Part shown: positions 46,701 to 55,101 of the stretch, piece after piece
Numbering within the stretch: position 1 is the stretch's first letter
Layout of the letters: every line of letters starts with the position of its first letter
NCBI GenBank assembly: GCA_021785935.1
Contig: JAJYOG010000003.1
Coordinates: 12,829-76,828 of the forward strand
Length of the DNA: 64,000 nt
DNA from: Actinomycetes bacterium
GTDB taxonomy: Bacteria > Actinomycetota > Thermoleophilia > BMS3ABIN01
Direction: 5' to 3'
Position numbers and translations under genes: made by a program
Notes under the pieces: model-generated
Told to the model about the DNA's origin: nothing
Databases searched by the model: none
What the model saw: only the letters and a program-made list of their open reading frames with translations

Positions 46701-46886
46701 TATGATGAAGTCCGGTGCGCCGCATTCGATCCGCCTTGGCTCGTTTGTGGCCGTGACGCGCTCGCCTGCGGCCTCAATGAGCGCTTTTAACGCCGGGCGG
46801 TGCGTGTGTTCCGTTGCATTGCCGCGCTTGAGGTTCTTCTCGATGTCCCTGAGATAAGCACTGATATGCGAAGTCTTAGTGGTCAT
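43739..46886 (-). pseudogene. MmeI-like Type IIG/IIL restriction-modification enzyme (PD-ExK nuclease + N6-adenine MTase + TRD), disrupted
   Basis: The N-terminal nuclease motif is GAPDF...GYIEAKD. MTase motif I is ILDPAVGTATF and motif IV is LGNPPYSG. The gene is split by a frameshift at a GGG run (~46555-46557: LEFRW|YVQGEY) and by an in-frame TAG at 46265-46267 (LIPDL*PGQFADMYAQTIAYGLFAAR). Confidence 0.75.
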
Positions 46887-47310
46887 GCAGGAAGTATATC
46901 AACTTAGATCAATAAGCAGGTGCGCCTAGCCGGGTTCCCGCCTCTGGAAATTCTTTATACAAATCCCGGCTAATGAACAATATAAATCAGGAGGCGAATG
47001 TCTCTGCCGTGGACGCCGTTTTACTACTTATGAATGGTTGAAATTAGTGCAATAAAAATCGCCGTAATGAATATAGGTAAGTAGAGAGGCTGAAAGTTGG
47101 CGGCCTTACAAAAGAGCAAATTCCGGGGGGTGAACTTTGAATGATGAAGCTAAAAATCTCCGTCTCGGGGAGCGGGGCTCTGTTCTTGCTAGAGCTAGTC
47201 CTGTTCATCCTGAGGCATAACAGCTAAGAGCAGGAGGAGGCGGGAGGCCGTCCAGTCCGGGGCGGCTCCCACGGGCATTGTAAAGACGCTTCCATGGGGT
47301 CCCCAAAAAA

Positions 47311-47475
47311 CTACTCTTCCATGGGGTATGCGTTACGGATAGTCCTAAACCAAGCGGCTAACCGCCGCGCACGGTAGGCGCGCTGCCTGCATGCTGGGGC
47401 GCAAAACTTCGCATCGGCTCGCGAAGCCAGAAAGGTCCGGCCACACTGCTGGCAATCTTTCTGAGTAATTTTCAT
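47311..47475 (-). CDS. Small C4 zinc-ribbon protein (54 aa)
   Basis: Not in the ORF track: MKITQKDCQQCGRTFLASRADAKFCAPACRQRAYRARRLAAWFRTIRNAYPMEE. The pattern is CxxC...CxxxC followed by a basic tail. Confidence 0.45.
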   Translation of the reverse strand: MKITQKDCQQCGRTFLASRADAKFCAPACRQRAYRARRLAAWFRTIRNAYPMEE

Positions 47476-47604
47476 TTAAGCTGCCCTTTCTTTTTTTGGG
47501 TTCCGAACGTTCGAACCCTTCCCCATTATTTGTTCTTGCCAGTGGGCATGGTTTTCCATTTTTGGGAACTCAATCCAGCCTGGTTTTGAGATAGAATCCT
47601 TGCC

Positions 47605-48252
47605 ATGTGGTATCTGTTTTTAGATGAGAGCGGGGACCTGGGCTTTGATTTCGTCAACAAGCGGCCCTCCAGATTCTTTACCATCTGTGTGCTGGCCACG
47701 AGCAGCCGGGATTCTTATATCGGCATACGCAACGGCGTTAAACGGACACTCCGCCGCAAAATCAACAAACGTGGGAAGGCACGAGACTACAAACACGAAA
47801 TCAAGGGAACTCAGACTTCGCTTGAGGCGAAGAGCTATTTCTTCAGGCAGGTGTCCGGGTTACGGTTTGGTATCTATGCGGTTACATTGAACAAACGGCG
47901 GGTTTATGACGAACTCGCAAGAGATAAAGCCCGGGTTTACAACTACATTTCTCGCCTCGTGCTGGATGAAATTCCTTTCGAGCAGGCCGATGACCGGATT
48001 CAGCTTTATATCGATAGGAGCAAGGGCAGCTTCGAGATTCGAGAATTTAACGATTACATCGTGAGACAGTTGGAAGGAAGGATACAGCCTAGAGTCCCGA
48101 TCAATATAGATCACTTGGGCAGCCATGAAGAAGCCGCCCTACAGGCTGTGGACATGTTCGCCAACGGAATCTTCCGCAAATACGAGTTCAGTGATAGCCG
48201 CTGGTTTGAGGTTTTTGAAGAAAAGGTTCTGCTGGAGCGACAGTTCCTGTGA
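47605..48252 (+). CDS. DUF3800-family protein
   Basis: The N-terminus MWYLFLDESGDLGF and the C-terminal ALQAVDMFANGI are the DUF3800 hallmarks as I recall them. Confidence 0.7.
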   Translation: MWYLFLDESGDLGFDFVNKRPSRFFTICVLATSSRDSYIGIRNGVKRTLRRKINKRGKARDYKHEIKGTQTSLEAKSYFFRQVSGLRFGIYAVTLNKRRVYDELARDKARVYNYISRLVLDEIPFEQADDRIQLYIDRSKGSFEIREFNDYIVRQLEGRIQPRVPINIDHLGSHEEAALQAVDMFANGIFRKYEFSDSRWFEVFEEKVLLERQFL

Positions 48253-48447
48253 GGGCAAGAAAAAGAGCGTGCCTCTTGGGCTCGTTGCCCCGTGGCTCGT
48301 ACCCTAATTGAGGGAAGCACCACAGGAACCCAAGGCGGACTTATCGCTCCAAGGTGAATATACCCAAATTTCTGATTTAATTCCAGGGTTATTCAAAAAA
48401 GACGCTCTTCTTAAACGGGTAGGTGTCAAAATGACTGTCAAATCAGA

Positions 48448-48477
48448 AAAAGCGCCGTCATATTACGCGGCGCTTTT
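48448..48477 (+). terminator. Rho-independent terminator-like hairpin
   Basis: AAAAGCGCCG-N10-CGGCGCTTTT followed by C/T. It lies between the DUF3800 gene and the tRNA. Confidence 0.5.
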
Positions 48478-48510
48478 CTATTAAATCCGGCCTTATGCAG
48501 GGCCAAACAC

Positions 48511-48586
48511 TGGAGCCGACGTGCGGAATTGAACCGCAGACCTGCTCATTACGAGTGAGCTGCTCTACCAGCTGAGCTACGTCGGC
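48511..48586 (-). tRNA. tRNA-Thr (CGU), CCA encoded
   Basis: rc: GCCGACGTAGCTCAGCTGGTAGAGCAGCTCACTCGTAATGAGCAGGTCTGCGGTTCAATTCCGCACGTCGGCTCCA. Confidence 0.9.
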
Positions 48587-48658
48587 TTGGGTGTCGCGGC
48601 AGGAGAGTTATTCCCGCCGGAGGTCTAATTATAGCTGAGGGCCACAAGGGAAGAAACT

Positions 48659-49099
48659 TCAATCCTTGCGCTTTTTCCGCTTGTGCTCCTTATAATCACC
48701 GGGAGGAATTATCATTACGCCTTCGATCAGTTTTCCGAAGTAGGGACCGAAGTGTGTAACATCGCCAGTCAATAGATCGGAAGCGCCGGCTGCGATCGCG
48801 GCAAGAAGAATCGGCCGGTCCTTTTCGGGAATCCTGATCGTCGCCTTAAATGAAAAGGGTTCCGCAGCCGCCGCGAGTTCCGCAGCCGCCGCGCATATTT
48901 CAACTTGCCGGAGGAGCTTGTCCAGGACCTTCAGCTGCCCGGCGGTTTCCAGGTTTCGACGCGCTTCTTCCACCGAATACCCTGAAGTCACCAGAACGAT
49001 CGAACCGGCTCTTTGCATGCGCCATAGACGCCGAAGACCGGATTCAGGGTTCCAGGCCGCGGAGAAGAGAATGTTGGCGTCGAGAAATAAGCGATCCAA
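48659..49099 (-). CDS. vapC: PIN-domain toxin (VapC-like)
   Basis: The likely start is the TTG at 49099 (MDRLFLDANILFSAAW...), 1 nt after the antitoxin stop codon (49101-49103). The upstream part of the ORF-track 209-aa form overlaps the antitoxin gene. Confidence 0.65.
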   Translation of the reverse strand: MDRLFLDANILFSAAWNPESGLRRLWRMQRAGSIVLVTSGYSVEEARRNLETAGQLKVLDKLLRQVEICAAAAELAAAAEPFSFKATIRIPEKDRPILLAAIAAGASDLLTGDVTHFGPYFGKLIEGVMIIPPGDYKEHKRKKRKD

Positions 49100-49100
49100 G

Positions 49101-49430
49101 TTATGCCATTTTGGGCTTGCGGTGCGGAATGATATCAGGATCGAGACCGAGCTTGAGGACATCGTCGCGGGCCCGGTTGTAATCCGCTTCATCCATTGCG
49201 TTTGATAACAGGAACTCCGCGCGGCGTTCAGGGGTGTATATCTCCACCGGCATCGCCACCGCCGGCTTGATGAGCACGCCGTCTTCACACTCTTCCTCTA
49301 TGACCAGAGTGCCTTCCTCCAAGCCGAAGCGCCGGCGAAGTGAGGCAGGGATGACCAGTGTCCCGCGCTTGCCGATCTTGCTCGTTTCCCTGATCAGAGG
49401 CGGCTTTTCTTGCTTTTGTTTGTACTCCAT
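49101..49430 (-). CDS. vapB: AbrB/SpoVT-type antitoxin (VapB-like)
   Basis: KIGKRGTLVIPASLRRRFGLEEGTLVIEEECEDGVLIKP is a swapped-hairpin AbrB fold signature. Confidence 0.7.
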   Translation of the reverse strand: MEYKQKQEKPPLIRETSKIGKRGTLVIPASLRRRFGLEEGTLVIEEECEDGVLIKPAVAMPVEIYTPERRAEFLLSNAMDEADYNRARDDVLKLGLDPDIIPHRKPKMA

Positions 49431-49620
49431 GGCTCGCTTCCCGAATGGTTCATTTCAGGATGATATTCAGTATTTCTGATTATCTGAATTTCATGTATAT
49501 TTTATAAGTTGGATCCTCTTCGCGCCAGTGGAAAAAAGACGGCAAGTGCTTGCAATTGAAAAAACAGGGGGAACGGGAAATGAAATCAGGTGGGAAGAAT
49601 ACCGGGCGCCAATAATCGAG

Positions 49621-50718
49621 CTACTGCGCCAGTTCCCGGTATAAATCCAGTGTCTTGGCCACGGCCGTATCCCAGGAAAACAGCGCCGCCCGTTCTCGGC
49701 CCCGGCGCCGCAGCCTCTGCTTCAGATTGTCGTTAGTGAGAACCTCGGTGATGGCGGCGCTGATAGCCGCCGACCGGGGCGCCACAAGCAGGCCACCGTC
49801 GCCAATGACTTCAGGCAGACTCGATGAATTCGAGCAGACTACCGGCGTACCGCAGGCCATGGCCTCCAGCGGCGGCAGACCAAATCCCTCATAAAGTGAG
49901 GGATAAACGAACAGGTCGGCGGACGAATACAGCGCCGGCAGATCCGGGTCGGCTATAAAGCCGGGGATGACCATCAGGCCGCCCACGCCGCGGTGCGCCG
50001 CCTCCTTTTTTACTTCCTGCCAGTCACCGCTTTTTTCTCCCGCCAGCACCAGCTTGTAATGCGATCTGATTTTTGTTGAAAGCGCCGCATAGGCGCTGAC
50101 CAGGGCGCTCACATTCTTGTGCGCCACGAACTCGCCCAGCCAGAGGATGTTCGGCTGCCCAAGCTTGTATTTGGCGAGAACCGACGCGATTTCCGACTCG
50201 CTGCGGGGCCCGAACTCGTGGCCAACACCGTCCAGAATAACTGAGACCTTTCCCAGCGGCAGATTAAAATGAGCCAGCAGGTAAGACTGAGAAACTGTCG
50301 ACACCGTGATGATGTGATCCGCTTTCTGGATGGCGTCCGCCAACAGGCTCCTGTATGCACGGCGTTTGCGGAAACTCGGAATCGACTTCGGAAATAACAA
50401 CGGTATAATATCGTGCGCCGTCACCAGGAGCGGGCAATCCAGGTTATTGGGGGCCACCACGTAGGGCGTATGGAAAAGCGTGCAGCCGGCTTTATTGACC
50501 GCCGCGCCGATCTTGTTTAGATTGCGTGAGGAGAAAACCTCTTCGTTCAACCGCACCATGGTGAAGTTCTCACCAGCCGGCAACCGCTCCTTGGTATCGT
50601 CATTGTAGAAGCAGACAACCTCCAGGTCGGGAACCTGGGAAAACTGTTTTAGCAGGTTGCGGGAATAAGTGCCCACACCCTTCCAGGAAATAAAACGCGC
50701 GTCAAATCCTATGCGCAA
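49621..50718 (-). CDS. Glycosyltransferase family 4 (GT-B, group 1)
   Basis: The C-terminal motif is VYPSLYEGFGLPPLEAMACGTPVVCS (E-x7-E). Confidence 0.85.
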   Translation of the reverse strand: MRIGFDARFISWKGVGTYSRNLLKQFSQVPDLEVVCFYNDDTKERLPAGENFTMVRLNEEVFSSRNLNKIGAAVNKAGCTLFHTPYVVAPNNLDCPLLVTAHDIIPLLFPKSIPSFRKRRAYRSLLADAIQKADHIITVSTVSQSYLLAHFNLPLGKVSVILDGVGHEFGPRSESEIASVLAKYKLGQPNILWLGEFVAHKNVSALVSAYAALSTKIRSHYKLVLAGEKSGDWQEVKKEAAHRGVGGLMVIPGFIADPDLPALYSSADLFVYPSLYEGFGLPPLEAMACGTPVVCSNSSSLPEVIGDGGLLVAPRSAAISAAITEVLTNDNLKQRLRRRGRERAALFSWDTAVAKTLDLYRELAQ

Positions 50719-50796
50719 ACTGCCTCCAGTTGATTTTGTTGACAGACGGTCTTAAAGAATCATACCGCGAATAACCCTGCGGATAACGCTGGCGGC

Positions 50797-53700
50797 CTAC
50801 GCCAACGCTTTCGCCAGCAACCGCCGGATGTCCTCCACCCTGAACGGTTTGGCGATGACCGCATCAACCTGGCTTTCCGTCATCTTGCTGGAGTCAAGCT
50901 GGTCACCCCAGCCGGTGATGAGAGCCACCGGCGTTTTCACAGAGCGTGATTTTACCGCTTCCACGACTTCCCATCCGGACATTTCCGGCATGCCCAGATC
51001 GGTGAGCACCAGGTCAAACGGCTCGCCGGCTTTTATCGCCGCATCGAACATGTCCATGCCGTCAACGCCGCCCCCGGCGGTCTCATAACTTTGGCCAAGC
51101 TTTTCCAGCATGTCACCCATCAGTGTTCTGATCATGGGTGCATCGTCGATGACGAGAACCTTGGCCCGCCGTAACGGTTCCTCTTCTTCCTCCTGGCCGT
51201 ACGCTGCGGTGAGGTCGGCAACAGTAGCAACGGGCAGGCTTACGGTGAAACGGGTACCCTTGCCTTTTTGGCTCCTCACTATTATATCGCCGCCGTGGCG
51301 TTTGACTATCCCGTAGGCAACACTGAGCCCGAGGCCGCTGCCACCCACACCCTTCGTTGAGAAGAAAGGCTCGAAGATGCGCTTGCACATGTCTTCATCC
51401 ATGCCATCGCCGTCATCGGTGACCGTTACCATGATCCATTCGCCACCCTCATCGATCGCGGTCACCAGGTTGATAACGCCCCCGCCCGGGAGAGCATCGG
51501 CCGCGTTCAGGATCAGGTTCACCAGCACCTCACCTAGTTCCGCTTCGTTGCCGTTTACGGGAGGCACCTCGCCGTACTCGGTTACGATGTTGATCTTGAC
51601 GCCGTGGGCGTCGGCCTCGTCACGCCAGCGCGGACGGGCCACGTCAATGGCATTCCACACCACCTTATTAATATCAACGGTCGTGAAGCTTCTTGTGGTC
51701 CTGACCCTGGTGAACTCCTGGATACGCCGAACCGTTTCGGCCGCGTCGGCCGCGGCCCGCTGCACGCTCTCCAGGGACGCCCTGATTTCGCCATCCTCTG
51801 CAGTTGCGGCCTGTTGCGCCAGCAATAATTGCGTATTCCCGAGAATCACCGTCAGGAAATTATTGAAGTCGTGGGCAACCCCACCTGCCATCTCGCCGAG
51901 CGCCCGGATCTTCTCTGATTGGGACAGCTGCTCGCGCAGATGCTCCTGCTCGGTTATGTCGCGCACATCATGGACAGCCCCGATGATGTTGCCTTCTGCA
52001 TCGAAAATCGGGTCGGAAGCAACATTGATGATTCGTCCCAGCCGCGGCTCCTCCAGAACGACACTATGACTGGCGCCATCGGCAAATACTTTCTCTTGCG
52101 GACAGCTTGTCGGCGGCCCCAGGGAACCATGGAAAATATCGTAGCATTTCTTGCCGACCAGCTCGGCGCTGGTTGTGCCTAAAATCTTCGCCAGAGCCTC
52201 ATTGGCGCGGATGATGTTATAGTCAAGATCATGGATCGAAACGCCATTGGTCATGGCGTCGAAAGTGGTTTCCCATTCATTCTTGCCGCGGGCGACATCA
52301 TCGAACAGCCTCGCGTTTTCAATCGCAACGCCAATGGTTCTGCCCACCGATGCGAGCAACAAACGCTCGTTACTGTCGAAATTATATTGCTCACGGACGC
52401 CAACCAGCATGACGCCAAGAAGCGTGTCTTTGGAGACGAGCGGCACACCCCCGAGTGATGTAAACCAGGCTTCATCCGTCAAACCGGGCAAACGGTTGGG
52501 ATTATCGGGGGTGTCCTCCACGAAAAACGGTTTGCTGGTCGCGGCAATGGCTCCAGCATAGCCTTCGCCCACCTTAATGCTCGCCAGCTTCTCCAGCATA
52601 TCAGAAGGCGCCCCCTGGAAAGCTCTGGGCGTCAGCTCGTTACCCTTGTCATTTAACAAATATAAAATGCCGCAGTCATAACCCATCGATTCGACCAATG
52701 AATTAATGGCGGATTGCAGGGTGCTGTCGAGATCGAGCGATGCGGCGGAGGTAGTAGCAACCGCGTTTAGGACAGCCAGCTCACGATTGCGTCTGAGTAT
52801 TTCCGTGGTCATGCGCTGCTCTACCGAGATATCCCGGGAGATGCCAACCAACGCTATGGGCTTGCCGTTTGCCCCCTTTACGCAGGCCGAGGAAGAAAAC
52901 ACAGGAAAGGTGGAATCGTCGGAACGCTTGTACCACATTTGCCCTTCCCAGCCGCCATCAAGAGTCTTTTCATAGATTTCCTGCCTCAGGCCCACGGGAT
53001 TCTGATCGGCCCAAAGCTCGCCCATGTGTGTGCCGGTCATCTCTTCGGCCTTCCTGCTGAAGAGAGCGGCGCCGGCATCGTTGATGGAAATAATGTCACC
53101 GTTGAGATCCGAGATAATAACACATTCATGCGTATTATCAACGGCGGCGGCCAATAGGTTCATGCGAGCATCTATTTCTTTTTTCTCTGTAATGTCCCGG
53201 CCGACCACGCGCCACTGAATTTCCTCGCCGGCGCTTCCAGGCTGGGCAATGGCATGGACTTCGATTACCAGGAGGTTGCCGCTCGCGGTGATGAATTCCC
53301 TCTCGGCGGTGAAGGTCATGCCGACTTCGCTTCTTTTGCGAAATCCCGCCAGGTCGGCGCGGGCTTTTTCACGGTCGGCACCTGCTTCGTAGTCGTGGAT
53401 ATAAGTGCCAATAATTTTTTCCTTGGGGACACCAAGTATCCGGGTCATAGTGTCATTACATTCCCGGATAACGCCGTCAGAATCGAGCGTGTACATCCAG
53501 TCAGCGGCAGTGTTGTATAACTCGCGATAACGCTCTTCGGACTGGGTCAACCGATAGTAGACGCGAGCGTTACCAGCGATCACGGAAGCCTGAGCCGCGA
53601 TCGTGGAAAGCAGGCTCAATTCTTCCTCATCAAATTCGTGAACTTCGGACGAATAAACGACAAGGGCGCCGAGCCGTTCGCCGCGATATTCGAGCGGTGT

Positions 53701-55101
53701 TGCCGCTACCGACTTAAACCCATGCTTCTTCGCGGATTGAACCAGATTCCGTTCCCTGGAATCCTTGTTGATATCCGCCATCATTCCTTGCCGGCCATTT
53801 CTGAATGCCCTAATCAGAGGGGTTTCCAGCGCTTCCTGGTATTCATAATCGAAGCTGTCTCCAGCATTTAACGATTTGATGTAGTCGTCTTCATAGCCGT
53901 GGCTGGCGACGATCTGCAACTTGGTATCGCCGGAATTTGGCATAAAGATATTGCAGAGTTTGTAGCCGAAAGTTTCGGCCACCTCATGGGCAAGCGTCTT
54001 GAGCGCGTTGCCGTGCGGCAGCTCAGAAACACTCTTGTCCACTACGGATTGCAGCAAGTTAAGCCGGCGGTTCTGTGTTTCCAGGCGATCCTGTAATAGC
54101 CGGCGGTCGGTGATATCCACAACAACACCGACGCTCCCGACAACCTCCCCTTTCTCAAACATGGGCGAAACTGTCATGCTTAAAACAATTCGGCGCCCGT
54201 CCTTGCGAATGATTTCCAGATCGTAACGGTCTCCATGCCCCGCCAGGCAGCGCTGTATCATCTCTTCCATTTTTTCCAGTTGGTCCTCGGGAATCACCGA
54301 GCTGACGTGGCTTCCGAGGATTTCCTCCCGGGAGTAACCTGTTATACGCTCGGCCGCCGGATTTAAGTAGGTAAATTTGAAATCCCTGTCACAGGTGTAG
54401 ACTCCTTCATCCATGCTGGCCAACAGCAGAAAATCCAACTCGCGGGCGGCAGCCAGTTCGGTCAAACGGGACACGGCTTCGGCGTTTGCCTGTTCCTTCT
54501 CGATGGTCTCTTCATAAAGGTGACCGATAGTCCCCGCCAGCCGTGAGATGTGTGCGCGAGCGGCTTCGTGCATGTGATCGGATTTCGGAGGAGCAGTTTT
54601 TGCGGCTTCACTTAACTTTTTAAAATCGGCCCCGGTGAGTTCGGACGCCCTGCGAATAGCGGCTTCATCCGGGGTTTCCACCGAGATAGCTCCGATAATC
54701 ACACCCAACGCCTCGCCGAAAGCGAAAATCGGTTCAACACGGATGCCCATTCCCGCGCCCACGGACTCTCGCCCGCGCTCGCGAAACACGCTGTCCAGCA
54801 CTGCCTGGCGGCAGAATCCACTAAAGTAAACCGCGTTTGGCTCATCGGTGTCGAGATCGACGGCTTCGACCAGCAGACGGCAATAACTGTTACCGGTGAG
54901 AATTTCACCAATAAGCGTACCGTCACTCTCAAACGCAGCGATAGCGGTCTCCATATAATCAACGAAAGGATTGAGGGTGTCCCGAATCAGATCGGCGCCA
55001 AGGACAGCGGTCAACGATCGGGGTTGAGGACCAACCGTTTCTTTACCGGAAGCGTTGTTTTGGTGCTTGATGGTCAACGGTAACTCCAGTCGATGAAGCA
55101 A
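50797..55101 (-). CDS. Multi-sensor hybrid histidine kinase (PocR-like N-terminus, multiple PAS/GAF, HisKA, HATPase, receiver)
   Basis: 1434 aa. The H-box is VAHDFNNFLTVILG and the G2 box is GGSGLGLS. The receiver is VLVIDDAP...VLTDLGMPEMSG...AKPF. Confidence 0.85.
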   Translation of the reverse strand: MLHRLELPLTIKHQNNASGKETVGPQPRSLTAVLGADLIRDTLNPFVDYMETAIAAFESDGTLIGEILTGNSYCRLLVEAVDLDTDEPNAVYFSGFCRQAVLDSVFRERGRESVGAGMGIRVEPIFAFGEALGVIIGAISVETPDEAAIRRASELTGADFKKLSEAAKTAPPKSDHMHEAARAHISRLAGTIGHLYEETIEKEQANAEAVSRLTELAAARELDFLLLASMDEGVYTCDRDFKFTYLNPAAERITGYSREEILGSHVSSVIPEDQLEKMEEMIQRCLAGHGDRYDLEIIRKDGRRIVLSMTVSPMFEKGEVVGSVGVVVDITDRRLLQDRLETQNRRLNLLQSVVDKSVSELPHGNALKTLAHEVAETFGYKLCNIFMPNSGDTKLQIVASHGYEDDYIKSLNAGDSFDYEYQEALETPLIRAFRNGRQGMMADINKDSRERNLVQSAKKHGFKSVAATPLEYRGERLGALVVYSSEVHEFDEEELSLLSTIAAQASVIAGNARVYYRLTQSEERYRELYNTAADWMYTLDSDGVIRECNDTMTRILGVPKEKIIGTYIHDYEAGADREKARADLAGFRKRSEVGMTFTAEREFITASGNLLVIEVHAIAQPGSAGEEIQWRVVGRDITEKKEIDARMNLLAAAVDNTHECVIISDLNGDIISINDAGAALFSRKAEEMTGTHMGELWADQNPVGLRQEIYEKTLDGGWEGQMWYKRSDDSTFPVFSSSACVKGANGKPIALVGISRDISVEQRMTTEILRRNRELAVLNAVATTSAASLDLDSTLQSAINSLVESMGYDCGILYLLNDKGNELTPRAFQGAPSDMLEKLASIKVGEGYAGAIAATSKPFFVEDTPDNPNRLPGLTDEAWFTSLGGVPLVSKDTLLGVMLVGVREQYNFDSNERLLLASVGRTIGVAIENARLFDDVARGKNEWETTFDAMTNGVSIHDLDYNIIRANEALAKILGTTSAELVGKKCYDIFHGSLGPPTSCPQEKVFADGASHSVVLEEPRLGRIINVASDPIFDAEGNIIGAVHDVRDITEQEHLREQLSQSEKIRALGEMAGGVAHDFNNFLTVILGNTQLLLAQQAATAEDGEIRASLESVQRAAADAAETVRRIQEFTRVRTTRSFTTVDINKVVWNAIDVARPRWRDEADAHGVKINIVTEYGEVPPVNGNEAELGEVLVNLILNAADALPGGGVINLVTAIDEGGEWIMVTVTDDGDGMDEDMCKRIFEPFFSTKGVGGSGLGLSVAYGIVKRHGGDIIVRSQKGKGTRFTVSLPVATVADLTAAYGQEEEEEPLRRAKVLVIDDAPMIRTLMGDMLEKLGQSYETAGGGVDGMDMFDAAIKAGEPFDLVLTDLGMPEMSGWEVVEAVKSRSVKTPVALITGWGDQLDSSKMTESQVDAVIAKPFRVEDIRRLLAKALA

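Larger units (their letters stand above)
42721..48556. mobile_element. 5.8-kb genomic island integrated at the 3' half of tRNA-Thr(CGU); no integrase visible
   Basis: The island is bounded by the 46-bp direct repeat. It lies on the 3' side of the intact tRNA and carries defence-type cargo. Confidence 0.75.

Noticed and set aside
42767-48510. Integrase, excisionase or transposase inside the tRNA-Thr island
   Set aside because: I inspected all listed ORFs and the ORF-poor stretch at 46887-47605. Nothing has tyrosine/serine recombinase or DDE motifs, so the island is reported as integrase-less.
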